Shown one piece after another: positions 34,780-48,989 of a DNA stretch of 64,000 nt (its first letter is position 1; each line of letters opens with the position of its first letter). This DNA comes from Tilletiaria anomala UBC 951 (lineage: Eukaryota): contig NW_013547019.1 of NCBI RefSeq assembly GCF_000711695.1, positions 248,001 to 312,000 on the forward strand, given 5' to 3'. The position numbers were made by a program, and so were the translations under genes. Below the pieces are notes generated by a model that saw only the letters and a list, made by a program, of their open reading frames with translations, made no database searches and had not been told where the DNA came from.

Positions 34780-36938
34780 CTATTTACTATCGTTCTCGTT
34801 GTCCCTGCTACTGCCTCCGCTGCCGCCGTTTTTGGCTGGCGGCTCGAGTGGCGCAGCGAGGAAATTGCCGTATACGCTGAGGACCTTGAGTTGCAAGCCC
34901 GGCGTGATTTCGACTTGGAACGGCAGGTACGGCACAGCCTCGCCATCGATGGAGATCAGCCCACCCTTCTTAAGGCGCTTGTCGCCCGCAGGCAGGCGCG
35001 GCGTCACGCGGAACGCCTCGGCTTTGACGTAGCTGACGGCCTTGTCATAGATCGCCGCTCCCGTCTCAGCGCCGGCGATCGTGCGCAGCTTGCCTGCCCG
35101 GCCGCCGGCGTGCAGTAGCAGCGCAATGTCGATCGTCCCATCGCCCGGTAGAGCGTATGGGAACTGCATCAGGTCGCGAGCGACATATGGCAGCTTGCCT
35201 GCGTACAGCGTTGAGATCGGGTGCCGCACACGCGCCCATCCTGCGGCGGCGGCGGTGGCGCTACTGCCGTTCGTCTCGGCGGATCCGCTCGCTGCTAGGC
35301 TGCTCTTCTCATTGGTGCTTCCGCTATTTTTCAGCAGCAGTGACTTCGACTTGGTCCAAGACGGGTCTAGGAGATCGAGACTTGGCAAGTTGTCGCCGCC
35401 GATATCGTCCGTGACAGCCCCATGCTGCAGGCCTGGTAACGCTTGAGATGAGACTGCATAATCTACATTTTGCGCATCGTTATCACCACCGGCAGACAAC
35501 GCGCACCTATCCGCCGCACGCACGCGCATCTCCTCACGGCTGATGGTTCCTTTCGAGCCGAGTTTGACGTCAACGTGCACGAGCGCTTCCGTGTTGGTGA
35601 CGACGCCGCCGAGGTAGCCGAGGATGAAGCGTGTGTCGCCGAGCGCGCGCAAGTGATCCGTACCGATGTCCACGTCTGCCATGAGACCGATGGCTTGGGA
35701 GAGGAAGGAATAGTAGCGTGTAAAGGAAGTGAACGCAGAGGGTACGGAGGATGGCGCCTGCGCGTCCGCACCGCCATCCTGTTCTGCCGTTTCAGATTGC
35801 AACGCTCGGCTCCGCCGCTTGCTGCCACATCCTTGTGTAGATCCGCCGGCGCCGTTTGTTTGTGAAAGAACGCCGGCTGATCCTTCGCTGGTCGGCTGGG
35901 TGACGCTGCAAATGTCCAACGCCATGACCTGGCCCTTGATCGCGTTGAGACTTGCCTGGGCGAGGTTGAAGCCTTGCTGGGGACCGAGGAGGCAGACGCT
36001 GGTCGCGTTTCCGCTTCCCGTCGGGATCGGAACAACTGGCAGGGATGCTAGCGCGTGCTGCGCATCGGTCGGGCGAGTAGCTAAGCCATTGAGCACCTCA
36101 TGCAGCAGTCCATCCCCACTGACGGTGACAATGGCGTCGCAGCTGCGCGGCAGTTCCGCTTCGTCGCGGACAATCTCGAGGCCGTGGTTGCGATGTGTCG
36201 TGTTTGTTACGTCGAGCTTGCAGCCAGCCGCTTCAAGGATGGGCCGGATGCGCGTCTCGTACAGAACCCTTGCTTTTCCCGGTCCGCCGAACGGGTTGAT
36301 GAGCACGCGGAGACGTCGGTAGGGCTTGATGGGTGCGCCGGTGATGGGAGATGTGTAGGCCAAGTCAGAAGCACGTTGCACCCACTCTCTTGCAGTGTCA
36401 GTGTGTTCGGGTGCGACGCGTGCTTCCACCTTGGTCAGACGCAGGTTGGCAAAGGGTCCTTCGAGAAGCGCCTTGAGCTCTTCGAATTTGACTCTGGGGG
36501 GATGGGTTGTGGCCAATGCTGACTCCATCGCTGATCTGTGCCGAAGCCATTCTCGGACCTTTTTGCTACCAGGGGCGGGAGAGAGGAAGCTGAGCAGGAG
36601 CGAGGCTCCGTCCGCGTCAGCTACGAGAGAGCAGCGGAGTACGAGCACATGCGGCACGGCGACATATGCCTGCAAGGGATCGAAAGCTGTGTTTAGAGAG
36701 ATACAAGGCTTCAGGAATTTAAGGACACTTGGATAGGTAGCAAACGCCAGGAATGAGGCGCACCTGCATCATTTCCAGCGGACGGGCTGCCGCTCTTGTG
36801 AATGTGGAGAATGTGATGATCTAGGATGAGGTGAGCATGCTTGCCGTCGATGGTTACGGGCAGCAATCTCGTGGCCGGTGCTGATTGCGCGCTTGCCGCT
36901 GCTGTTGTTGCTGCTTCCGCCGTTGTCTCCGTCATCAT
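34780..36938 (-). CDS. Sphingoid long-chain base kinase (Lcb4/Lcb5/SphK family)
   Basis: VLINPFGGPGKA, VSGDGLLHEVLNGL, PIPTGSGNA, GLMADVDIGTDHLRALGDTRF, ISIDGE. Confidence 0.93.
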
Positions 36939-37572
36939 CCGTGCATGCTGCGTAGCAACGCGTGCTCGCGGAGAAAAGGAACCGAGCAGGGGTAGGGATG
37001 GAGGAAGGTACGAAGATGACGGTGATGAGGCAAAAAGAAACGATGGCGAGGGGAAGTCGTTCGACCCGGCTACGCAGGTGTATGATCACGGGGGTACTAT
37101 ATAGCATACGGGGTATCCACGTCGTCGCCGTCATCGCCGTCGATGTTGAGGGGCTTTGCTGCGCTCAGAGTTCGGCGCTTCGGCGTCCCGCCGCCCTGCA
37201 CGGGGCAGCGGAGCCACTGGCCGGTTCCTCTCGGCCGAGAGAGCCGGATCGCGAGCTCTTATGTCTTGTGTTCTCGTGGGATACACCTCCAGGGTAGCCC
37301 CATCCCACACTCTCGATCGGCGTGCCAGCCCAGACATTCACCAGCAACCAGCATCATTGGTCGGTGGCATTGGGGTAGCGCCGCACAGCAGGCAGCCGCC
37401 TCACAAGTCACACACCCACCCGCGAACTCGGCACTTTGGCCGAACTCTTCTGCTCGCGTGGATGAGGCGGTGAATTTCCTATCAGTTGCACACGGGGCAC
37501 AACAGGGGGTCAGCAGGACATGCATGGCTCATCGCTAAAGCCCGGCAGAAGGGAAAAACATAGTGGTGGAAG

Positions 37573-38247
37573 ATGAGTGCGGTAGATGCTGGGTCGGCCG
37601 CTGCTGGCATCACGGACAGCAGTGGGCCTACTGCTGCTGCTGGTCCTGCCAACGCGATAACAAGGCCTTTCAGCACAGACGTATCTCGGCCATCTCGCCT
37701 CGAGACCGGTCGCCTCGGTCACCTCCCACCTGGGTTTTCTCGCGCTCAAGTGCAAAGCAGCAGAAACCGCAACTCATCCTCAACTGACCAAGGCCGACCC
37801 GGCACAAGCGTTGCGGCAGGCCAATCATCTTCTTCCGGGCCTACTGATGCAGCAGGACCTGGCTCCGCTTCAGCCGCTTACGGTCAGGAGCACCTGGACG
37901 CACTGGCCGAGAGTGCCAACAAGACCATCGATGACGAGATCGCCACTCTGCTCGATGCCTTCCGCGGCATCGTAGAGCTCGCCACTGTCGCGGACAAGGA
38001 CGAGTTCCGGATAGCACAAGACGGCCTGCAGATGCAGAGCAAGGCGGACGCCATGGTACGCGCGACGCACAACCTGCTCCTCCTTTCCAAAGCTCTCTCC
38101 CTCTCACTCCTGCTGTCCAAGTCGCCGTCCTCTCAGGCAATGCGAAGGCAAGCACAAACCCTCATCGCCGAGTCGCAGGAGCACAAGCAGCGCTCGGCTG
38201 AGCTCGTCCAGCATATTCTTCATCACCAGGCCTCACCCACTTCCTGA
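37573..38247 (+). CDS. MED22: Mediator subunit Med22 (Srb6) with a low-complexity N-terminal extension
   Basis: LLDAFRGIVELATVADKDEFRIAQDGLQMQSKADAMVRATHNLLLLSKAL..SLLLS. Confidence 0.8.
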   Translation: MSAVDAGSAAAGITDSSGPTAAAGPANAITRPFSTDVSRPSRLETGRLGHLPPGFSRAQVQSSRNRNSSSTDQGRPGTSVAAGQSSSSGPTDAAGPGSASAAYGQEHLDALAESANKTIDDEIATLLDAFRGIVELATVADKDEFRIAQDGLQMQSKADAMVRATHNLLLLSKALSLSLLLSKSPSSQAMRRQAQTLIAESQEHKQRSAELVQHILHHQASPTS

Positions 38248-38738
38248 TTTGGACAACGGGGCAGTGCGTGTATTCAACAGCGGCCAAGAGGAGCAAAGGA
38301 TGGATACCAGCAGGCGAAATTCGTGGTGTGCTCATGTTCTCAACCCGTGGCTAAGCTGGAGAGGCCACAAAGCCTCCAACCCTCTCATCAACTGTGATCG
38401 CACGCATTCGTATGCGGCGTGGCCGCTTCACCCGCAGGGCGGCTTGCAGCGTTTGTAGCACTGCGACATGCATCCATGTTTGGATGCATCTAACTGCCCA
38501 TCACAGGCCCAATAATGGGTGTCGTACGTGCCCATCGTCCGTCGTGAAACAAGAGACTCGATGCTTTGTATCGCGATATGCTACAAGAGCAAGGCACTGC
38601 GTTGTGCTGCGCGCATTTCAGCGTCACCTCAAGTTCAAGAGGACAGTAAGCGCTCCACTGCCTGTGCATAGGATCCATTGCTAGTTAAAAAAAATCAAAT
38701 GGAGAACGGCAGTTGAGCATCACGGCCTTCATTCACGT

Positions 38739-40371
38739 TCACACCATGCAGGGACAACTGTAGCATAGATAATCTAGACATCTACCACTCTTCCATTCCT
38801 CTCCCTAAAGGCTAGCGTAAGTCGCGCTTGCTCACCTTTCTTGCAATGCTTGTACAACCGACTCGTGCGACTGCAAAGGGAATGCATCTTGCAGCACCGC
38901 GATGTGCTGCTCCCACGGTGGGTCTACTGCTGATGCGGACGGGCTGCGAGGCATCACTGGATCAGGAAGTGCTGTAGGCACGAAGCATGAAAGATGGAGG
39001 AAGGCGGAAGAGGGGGAGAGGGGTCAGACGCTAGATTGGCGAGGAGTAGGGTCTTTGATTAAACGGCATTCTTGCTCACAATTACGGAAGATGCTGCGAA
39101 TACCGGATGCAGGGGGAGGCTCGATGTGCAGTTGCCCATCCGGTAATGCCGCTGGCGGCACATAGTCCCGAGCGTTATCATCATAAGCATCTGGCGCAGC
39201 TATGTTCGGTGGTCGCCCAGATGTGGCAGTCACAGGGAGAAAATGTTGCACGCCATCCGGAAGGTTCGCATGGGTTTGAGCAGCCGCGCCGCCCGGTCGA
39301 CGTATTTGGAACCGGGGCATGTTAAACGAGAAGTTGGAGCTGAGTTGCGGCAATGGTGCTGGAACAGAGAGGGTGGGGTCCCGCCGCCGCTCTGCTCGAC
39401 TGCTTCTAGGCGGCTTGCGAGTGTTCCCAATCAGATTCAAGGCGGCTACTTGCAGGCTATGCACCACAGCTCGCGAGACGCGTTGCAGCAGCAGAAACGA
39501 CAGCAAAGAGGTCATACTGGCAGACAATCGCGCGAAAGCGCCTCCTTGGCGCCTGAACCGCAGTTCAGTGCTACATGCTTTTCCATCTGTACCTCGCGGC
39601 CATGGTAAGCAGAGGGGAGTGATTGCAACTGCTATGCAGCTGCCAAGCACATTGCCACTGCGAGAGAAGGCAAGCTGCGTGTGACGTAAGTCATATCTCG
39701 TCAGCTCGAAGGGTAAAAGTGGTAAGATTGTCTAACGCTGCCTCACCAAGAGGGAGAGAAGACCCTGTATGGCTTTCTCGTCGAACTGAGCGGGTCCGAC
39801 TTGGACCGTCCATAGGCCAGGGGAGGTCTGCATCTGGTGGAGCAGAACGACAATAGTGATAGGATAAGGGCCGCTTGTAGCGAAACCGTGCGTAAGTACC
39901 GGGTAGGCATGAGAGTCGAGTAAAAGCACCGTGTTGGTGATGGCAACGAGAGCCCTCAGAATGGCGAAGAGTATAGCACCGTGGAGTGCCCATATACGCA
40001 GGAGCATGACGAAGAATTGGGTGCTGCCGAGCCGTCTTTCTTGCTCCCGGAAACATAGGTAAATTAGTATGAGGCCTAGGAAAAGATCCGCACTGTCGGT
40101 GAAGCAAAAGTAGTGGGCAAAGATCCTCCAGTACTGCAAAATGCAGTCTTTGGCTTGTCAACAATTACAGAGCCATGTGAACACGTTTCGGGACCACGAT
40201 ACCGCTCACCTGACGGTACACAGTTAAATGTGGCACGATCTGCAGGTGTACATATTGCTTCCAGCTGAGGGTCGATGTGAGCAGAGAGCTGAAACAAACT
40301 AGCATGATCGCGCCTGTAGCGTAGAAGACGAGAGAGACAGGATTAGTACACCACCCTTGCGGGAAAATCAT
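38739..40371 (-). CDS. Dsc2/UBAC2-like rhomboid pseudoprotease with a probable C-terminal UBA; 3' end uncertain
   Basis: KQYVHLQIVPHLTVYRQ|YWRI, ERRLGSTQF, SGPY, multiple TM segments; tail IAVLQDAFP...VVQALQES. Confidence 0.75.
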
Positions 40372-41064
40372 GGACTAGATGGCCGACAGTTGTAGCTGGA
40401 AGCGAACCTTTGCTGACGGGTGCCCCAGCGAACCCGGCGACCATCTTGCGGGTGTATCTAACGCTGATTTTGAAAGTTGCTGAAGGCCTTTGTTACACTC
40501 AAGGATCATGGCTCATCGTCTGTTTCTCGGCCTGTCGTCATGCGGCCTCATCAATGTCAGCAACCAAAGGGTCCTGTAACGATGAACAGATGGGAGCTGC
40601 TATTTAGCGCGCGGAGAACCGCCAAGCACTCGATTGCAGTGCAAGCAGGTCGAGTGGTAGCATAGATCGTCACGATAGAGCTGCCGCCATCGATTAGAGC
40701 GTTGCAAATTGCGATCTATGATTAGGAATGCGATGTGAAGTGGCGCTCGGACGATGTTCATAACTCGAGACTGGACGTGACATGTGAATATGCACATATC
40801 TTTGACTTCTTCAGGGCCGCTCCGTGTCGCGTTTCTCCTCTCTCCAAGATCAACGATGATCAACTTGGGCGGCCATCTCAAATGTCACATCTGGTTCTGG
40901 AAGTCGGACATACCCTCTCTTCAAACTATCACTCGCTTCCAAATACCCTCAAAACAAGTCTGGGGTCATATTGCAGTCATCAGGTCGCTGCCAGGAACGT
41001 CATGCTCCGATGCACACGTCATTTCAACGGTGAATCCTGAGGCAGCCGCACGGTTATCAGCACG

Positions 41065-43376
41065 ATGTCGTTCCTGCTGCCCAACTCCATCACTTCGGCA
41101 TTTAAGAGCGCTTTTGCGGACAGCACGTTTCGAGATAGCTCACAGCCCTCTGGGGGAAACATTTCAGCTGATCTGAAGGCAGTCTATCAAGCAGCGTGCA
41201 TTTCATGGCTCGCAATTCACCGCGTACAGTCGCCGGTTAGGAAAGCATCAGGGCAAAATTCCAATCAAGGAACAGATGCCCACGATCCGCAACCCCAAGA
41301 TGAAGGCGAGTCCGGAGATAGTTCCGAAATCGACATCCTTTTTTACTTTAGTAAAGAGCTGGCCGTGACCAGAGAGCAGATACGAAGGCAAATTCGTGTT
41401 CTGCGCGGCGCGACGGACTTCTACCTGTCTATGATGACGGGAGAGGGTCAGGTCCAACCACAAGCTCCTCAGAACCAGCATTATCGCTCGTGGGTAATTC
41501 ACTCGCAAAAGCACAGAAACATAGTGTTGGAGCTGGGAGATGATGTTTGGCTCATGGTGGTTCGTGAGCATTTGTGTCCCGGTTGACTTCATACAAATGC
41601 TAACGCTGACTATTGCGTCACATACAGAGCCTTCAAGCACCGCGCTGGCTTCGAGCTTCGACCCCGAAACTGCGTTGGCAGTACGACGAGGAGTGGCGCC
41701 CTGACACGTGGATCGTGAGCGCTTTGGGCTCTGCGTGGGACACTTGGGTGGTAAGTAGGTTCAGAGCCAGACCTCCAATCCAATCTCATGCCAGGGGACT
41801 CTGACCCGTGCACTACGCTAACTGTTTTTCTACACGATTCGCAGATGCTTAACGGGAGCGCAACCTCATTTTTGAGGTTTCCTACAAGTGGCCGAGCAGA
41901 GCTTGAAAGGAGCTTGGAAAAGTATTTCTCGGTGTGGGCTTCGCGGTGGGATCTGCAAAGCTTGCATAACGAGGGAGACCAAAAGCATCCTTTCGGACAG
42001 CCCCAGAAGCAGCCCCGCTTCAAAGTTTTCAGCAATCTGCTGTTGGTACAGCACCCCGTAAATCCGTCTGAAGACCTGAAAACGAAACGCACAACGGAAA
42101 AATTCGACTCAACTCTGAGCGACATTGTCGGGCGCAGGTATACCCTTAGCCAAAGGGGCACGCGAAAAGGTAATGAGGAACTTCTGCGGGAAGCGATGAT
42201 CTTCAGAGGGACTTGTCGACTGTCATGTCGATCAGTCGCTGGGACAAAGCCCTCTTCCAACGACGACGTTAGGATTCTGATCGATCACGTCTTGGCGACC
42301 TATGGTCCTCTCATCACGCCGCCAGATCGCGGCGACCTAGGTCACACCCCTGATGGGGTCGCTACAGTTACTCCCGCCACTTCAAATGTTAGCGTGAAGA
42401 AGGACGTCAGGGGAAACAGCTCGAGGCTATCATTTCTCTCATTTTGGGGCGCTGCAGAGGATCAAGAGCAGGCTGCACCTACAGCAGCGAAGGTCGATGA
42501 TCCAGCAAAGCCAACAAAGAGCGTACTGACAGCTTTGGCGACATCTGCGCCCGAACAAACAGACCCTGCACCACGTGCATTCCCCTCCATATCTGTGACC
42601 TCGTCGGCTTGGTTCTCAAAGTCTTCCTCGCCACAGTTGCCAGGCCCGATAGAGAGTTCAGATGCGGTGGACAACGAGGGTTCTCCCGGGAAGCGTCCCC
42701 CCGACAACACAGAGGAAGCCAAGGAGCTCGAGGAAGAAGCAGATCCACCTGAATTTCAGACCTTCAAACTCGTTGCCTGGCCTAGGCGACACGCGGACGG
42801 GACTGAGGCTCCTCTCGAGGGTAAAAGAGTTCGACTGCTTTTTGTGAGTCTAGCGTACTTGTCTATTTGATAATGGGAGCCTGACAACCCCCGTTTTACT
42901 TTCAGCATGGGGAATGCATTGTCATACTTGTCTTTTCGGAGCCGGGCGACTCTACGAGCGGGCAAGTGGACACCCCTAGTGAAGCTCCAGAGACGGCGGA
43001 GCCAAACTTGGATTTACGGAGAAGGCTTAAGAAGCTTATGTGTGCCGCCAGCCACAGCACTGATACTTCGCAGCCTTATTCATCAATCTTTGCGAACCCC
43101 ACACAGGGTACGATGGCTACAGAAGGAACCACTGCGCATCTCCCAAAGGACATCCGCGACACGGCGGAGGGTATGGCAGCGCTGCACGAGCAGTGCATGC
43201 GTGGATTTCCCTCTGTTTCGGAGCTCATGTCGAGGAGCAACGAAGGCCATGCATGGCTGCGGTCTCGCAGGTCCGATGCGCCCATACTTGAAGTGACGCA
43301 CACTGTGATCCCGAGCGCGCGGATGAGCATGGCGGAAGCGGAGGCTGAGACGTCGAGAAGAGCTGTCCATGCGTAA
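41065..43376 (+). CDS. CCZ1: Ccz1-like longin-domain protein (Mon1-Ccz1 Rab7 GEF subunit), multi-exon
   Basis: ILFYFSKELAVTREQIRRQI..LRGATDF, IHSQKHRNIVLEL..DVWL, LEKYFSVWASRWDL. Confidence 0.7.
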
Positions 43377-44039
43377 TCCGTAATTTATTCAAGCAGACTT
43401 GCCCTATTTCGTGCGTCCTCGCCATGCGACTCGCTTGTGGCACCTAGTAAGTCGCGTGGCCACTTGTGATGCAGATCGGCAGCGGCGGCAGTATAATTGG
43501 TGGCATGGACTTTCAAATATCCTGCTTGTGCGGTCGCTCGCTCTGGAGTACACTGCCCTGGATGGTCTCTAGAAGCGTTGGTTCTATATATCAGCGTACG
43601 AGAGGTCGTATGTAATCGTAGCCATATGCTCTGTGCCGGCTTTCAGCTTCATGCATAGCGAAGCCTCTGGAAGGGCTGTGGGGCGCTCCGGCAGTTCGAG
43701 CCCGAGGAGCGGCTATATGACTGCATGCTGCCGCGGCTCATGCTGGGCTTGAAGAGCCGGATAAATGCTGCTCAGGGTCGTGGTCCGCATGAGCCAGCAT
43801 CTGAATTTTCTAATATTTCCGACAGAAGCATTCAGGGTGATGCATCGATGTGCCACACTATTTTGCGCCATGCACATTGCGCTTTTCGCTCGCCAAGACA
43901 GAATGCAGGTGCAGCCAGGGACCGGAAAGCTGAGAGGGACCAGGTGGCGAAAAGACGCTTCAATCGCGCGCTAAAACGAGGAGCAAGTGCGAAGGAGAGT
44001 CGCCCAATAATTAGTTGCTGAGAATCTTGTCAGTGCAGG

Positions 44040-44540
44040 TCAGGATTTGGCGGGTTTCTTGAATGCGAGTCGAGTGTCATTTCCTCGCTGGCCACCTTTA
44101 GGTCCTTGGGTGTATCGCCCGCGCTCCATTTTGCTGCTTCCCTTGTCGCGCTTGGGCGCAGTTTCCGCTTCGGATTCGCCCTTTCTGCGGCGCTTCAGCT
44201 CTGCTTCCTCTTCATCCTCCCCGTCTTTGTACCGTTTCCGCAGCCCCATGGAAGGTCGGCCATCGCCCACCCAGCTCCTCCAATCTGCATCGTACACGAT
44301 ACCCGTAGATAGCTCATTTTCATTTGAGTGCTTTCCAGGGGCGACAGTGAGGCTCCATTCTTCTGAATCATCACCGGTCTTGGTCGACGCTTGAGCCTTC
44401 TCTGGTGCCGGTGCCGGAGGCTGGACAGGGATGGCATCATGAGAGGATGGCGTTGTGCCCTTCTTGATTGCAGAGCGAGCCGCGGCTCGCTGCATGAACT
44501 TGAGACCGCTTACTTTGCTGGAGAGAACGGTAGCCGGCAT
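44040..44540 (-). CDS. MPP6: Mpp6-like exosome cofactor
   Basis: N-terminal LSSKVSGLKFMQR motif, EEW motif, small basic protein ending FKKPAKS. Confidence 0.65.
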   Translation of the reverse strand: MPATVLSSKVSGLKFMQRAAARSAIKKGTTPSSHDAIPVQPPAPAPEKAQASTKTGDDSEEWSLTVAPGKHSNENELSTGIVYDADWRSWVGDGRPSMGLRKRYKDGEDEEEAELKRRRKGESEAETAPKRDKGSSKMERGRYTQGPKGGQRGNDTRLAFKKPAKS

Positions 44541-45088
44541 GATGGGCGACTTTGTCAAGGGTTTCGCTCAGGAGCGTGTGGCTTGCTCGGTGTTGCACGT
44601 CAAAGGTTAAAGAGGACGATGATCAATTGTCGATGGAGATAGTGCTTCGTTTGCGCAGTTTGCGCGTCGTCTCCGCGCGGTTTCGCTTTGGCCATTGCAT
44701 TCTCTCTTACCTCTCTCCCAGCGCAGCAGCCTCTCGGCCGAAAGAGACTCTGTGGCACATCCATATGTCTCATAGGCAGAGCAGAGGGACCCCGCCAACA
44801 GTGACTAGACTGTCCAGCAAAATGCACGCAGCGCGTCATGGTGACAGGCCAACAACAACTTCAAACTTGATGCGAGTTGTTTGGCACTTTCATGCGTCTG
44901 GCCTGCAGCTCCCGCGCAGCAGATGAGATGATCGAGGCAGAATTTTACTTGCGATCGCACTTGACTTCCTGTCGAAATGAGCGTGGAAGAAGACCGAGGC
45001 GCGCTGGTGTTGGCAACTGAAGTCGACGTTCAGGCCGGTGAGTGTTAATGGTGGTGCGGAAACCCAAAAGCCCGCAGCGAAAGCGACC

Positions 45089-48000
45089 ATGTCCCTTACA
45101 GCCCCCTGCGTATTTGCAGATGTGCAATCGAAGGTCGTGATACTGGGGAGTGTGGCAAAGGCGCTGCGCGAGGAGGCCGAAGTGAGCACCCGAACTGTGC
45201 TGGCTGCTTTTGTATTCACGAGCTCAAGGTATTTTTTCTTACTTTATTTCTCTCTCCCAGATACCTGACCCTGGGGCTTTGGTTGATGCTCTCAAAGCAA
45301 GCTTGAAGAATGCGCAACAAATTCCAGCTGTTGCAGCTCTCGGCATCGTCGAACAACTGGCCGGCCGGATCATCGTCATGGACCCAAGCCAGTCGTCCCG
45401 TGCCACACTCATACGGTCTCTAGTCGAGCATGGCACGGTGCCAGTGATCGATCGTTTGGGTGATGCCAGAGAGAAGACAAGAGAAGCTGCAGCGAAGGCT
45501 TTGATTGCTGTCGGTATACTCGCTGCATCAACGTCCGGTCATTCTTACCAAACTTCCAAGGGAAAAGCGGCTGAGAGCCCGTCGGATACCTATGCTGTCC
45601 TGTTCTTGGGTCACGCACTGAGGAACAAGCAGGCACGGATCCGGGAACAAGTGAGTGGTGGCGCATATCGAAAATGATCAATATTGGATATTGAACATTG
45701 ATATTTTCGCAGGCTCTGATCGTTCTGGCCTCGATTCGAGACCGTGCACCTTCGCTCCACATCAAGCCTCTGCTTTCTTCTCTTGTAGAGATGCTCCAAG
45801 ATTCAGATCCGCGGGTTCGCGAGCATGCTCGAGACTCTATCATCTCTATATTTCGCCCCGCTAATGCTGCAGCTAAAGCAGACCTCAACGGAGAGCTCGA
45901 AGGACAAGGTATACGTAAGCAGCTAGTCGACAAGATCATTAGCGAGGTCCATGCAAGCGCTTCCATCCCAAGCGAAGAGAATATTGCGCCAGGTTCAGAG
46001 GATTCAACGTCTAGCACATCCCATCAACCTTCCATAGGTACACCGGTGCCTCAAGTCACCGTGAGTCGCGAGCTTTGAAACCCTGAACGGTGTGTTTCTA
46101 GCTGACAATTACCTGCCGCTGACACAGGTTTCTACGCGACAAGAACTCGAGCGACTTTTCACATCATCTCTGCCACATTTCGAGGTAAGACCGGCGTTCA
46201 TTCCGGGGGCCTCGCAGACCAGTGGATAACAGTCCCATTTACTGTTTGGCCCAGGGAAAAGAGACAGAGCAGAATTGGCTCGCTCGAGAACACAGCATCA
46301 TTCAGTTTCGTGGCCTCTTGAATCATGAATTGCCGGAGGATGCCCGCAAGCTTCTGCCGAGCTGCATCAAGACCCATCAAGATGGCATCATCAAGACTGT
46401 GAGTATGAGTTGTTTTCCCACCAGCACCGTGTCTCATTAAAGCAATTTAACAGTCTTTGAGCCTTCGAACGACTTTGTCAATACATTCGATCGCCCTCGT
46501 CGAGGAGCTGGCCTGCTCTCTTCGGGACGATCTAGGGCCCTGCGGGGATGCGTTTTTCACTTCAATGCTCAAAATGGCAGGCTTCACCAAACGCATCGTT
46601 GCGCAAGCAAGTCAGACAGCCGTGACAGCGTTGATCAAATGCACATCTTTCCGCCATGCGTATCTGCCGCACCTCCAACAAGGGATGCAGGAGAAGAATG
46701 CGCAAATCAGAATTGCTGTCTGGCAGCATGTCGTGACCCTGCTCAAAAGCCACCGGAATGACCGGCAACGCTTTTCTGGGAACAAGAGTGTCTGCGAGTT
46801 TCTTCATGTCACTATACAGAAAGCACTCCAGGATCAAAATAAGGACGTGAGGGCGAATGCCCGGGAAGCTTACTGGCTGTTTCAATCGCTCTGGCCCACG
46901 GACGCGGCCGCCTTACTCGAAAAAGTGGACGCTTCCGTCAAACGTCAGGTACTAGCTGATGCCCCTTCTGAGGCCTCGGCTAAGCAAGTTGAACCTCACA
47001 TGACCAGCGCGCCTGTGCCCGCCCGTCGCCCTGGGGGGCCTAGCAAGGCGCTGCTCGCTGCCAAACGGGCTGCTTCGCAAAAGCTACAGGAAGAACGACT
47101 GGCAGCCGAGACAAGCGCGCCTCCTGTGCCCGAGCCAAGGGCAGATGAGGCAGAAGCCATAGCAGCGGCAGCAGCACTTCCCGGACGGCCAGCGCAGCAA
47201 ACAAGCAAGGCAGCGGTTGGTCCATCCATTGAGCACGCACTTCCCGAACCTCATCCTATTTTACTTCCGCCTGATGCTGGGCAGTCGAGGAACATTCCGA
47301 AGACGTCAAATGGCTCACTCAGGACAGCCCAGGGCGCGAATGGGGACGCAGAATTGCCAAGGAGAGACCGTAATGTGTTCCTGAAGCGAGCCGATCGATT
47401 GGAAGCGGGGAAGGATGACACTGAGATGCCATTAGAAGATGTCGAAATATGGCTAGGCCCTTTTCAGACCGCGGGGCAAGCGGATCTCCGCTTCTTCCGA
47501 CGGCTCGCACGTTGGTGTTCTCATCGAGCTGCGAACGGTAGTCCTCACCCTCTATCAATCGATCCCTCAAAAGCTGCCGAGCTCATTGGCTTGCTTTGCA
47601 GGTGTGTAGGGGACAAGATACAAGTGAGTGCGAATTGTCACCATTGACATTCCTTATGACCATGTCCGACTGTGCTGATGGGCTGAATTTTGTGAGTTCC
47701 TGCAGACGCCAAACGAAGCACTTGGTGCCATGGTCGTTCTGCACAGGATCGTGGAGCACCACCGCGAGACGCTGGCCATATCTGGCCAGGAGGAAGCACT
47801 TTTGGATTTGGCTTTGGATCCGCGCTTGGCTACCGATCGGTCGCTGAGTGGAGCATGTGAGACCATCTTAAATGCTTGGTCCCAACATACCGATGCGGTC
47901 ATGTGTGTCAGAGTGCTTAGCGAGCGATCTTCAGAGCGGCGGATTGCCGCAGACCAAGAGCAGGGCCTGCCAGCATCTCAGCCACAGGTGCTCAAGCTTG

Positions 48001-48322
48001 CATTGCGCACGTATGAGCGGCTACTACAGAGAATCCCGCCCGAGGTGATTGAGGACGAGCTCCCGCGTTTGCGATATGCAATAAAAGCTGTGAGTTGGCA
48101 TTCGCCTTTTCCACGTATCTCGGCGTTGACCTTGTGTAATCTCACGTGCGCGTGTGACAGGGCCTGAATGACCCGGCTCCAGACGTACGACAATGCGCAA
48201 TGAGCACGATCATGTGCGCGTTCCATCAGCTGCAGGACTCGTCGAGGATCATTGCGATGCTGGCGCCACTCCCTCAGAGCCAGCAGGACCTGATCATGTA
48301 CTATTTCGCCAAGCGCGGGTAG
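45089..48322 (+). CDS. STU1: CLASP/Stu1 microtubule plus-end protein, multi-exon
   Basis: HEAT/TOG: DRLGDAREKTRE; FEGKETEQNWLARE; SLRTTLS; DQNKDVRANAREAYW; C-terminal HEATs ending QQDLIMYYFAKRG*. Confidence 0.9.
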
Positions 48323-48989
48323 TAACCGTCATACCTGTCCGAGTCTGAAAATTTCATCGGTCTCGTTGAGGTGCCCACATGCCTGACGTAGGCTGTGCTC
48401 TTGGCTGGATGTATACCGGTCATGCATATATGAACGATGCGTGTCCACTGGACAGTGGACATGCTCTAGATTATAGCGGATAGTCTGAATGGTTGTCGAT
48501 ATATTTGACAGCTCTGATTGGTTCAATTCCCTGTATGGTGTGGTGTATGCACCGCACCACCTCCGTTCCGTTGGTTCCATTCCGCAGCGCAATCTGCTGC
48601 TGTTGCTGTGATTGGGATCAATCCCTTTTGTACACTTTCAAGCGAGCATGGCATATATATCTGTTTTCACTGATATCGTACCCCCAAGACCAACAAACAC
48701 ACCTTCGTAAGACTTACAGCAGTTCAACTTTGATTTACTTCGCCGCCAACCATCATCTGCAGCTCCCTAACTCTCGGCAAAAGCGCAGATCAGCAGACTT
48801 ACAAAGCGACCAACCGGAATCGCGCGCGGCGCACAACGAGCCGCATCTCGAATGACACCCCTCACTCCGAGTTACCATCAGGAGCAGCCCCAGCTTCAGC
48901 AGTGCCAACAGCTGCGCGAGCGGGTCGCACTCTCCGTTGCAGCCGGACCTCAACCCCCCTTACCAAGATCCGACTGAAGCAATCGCCTC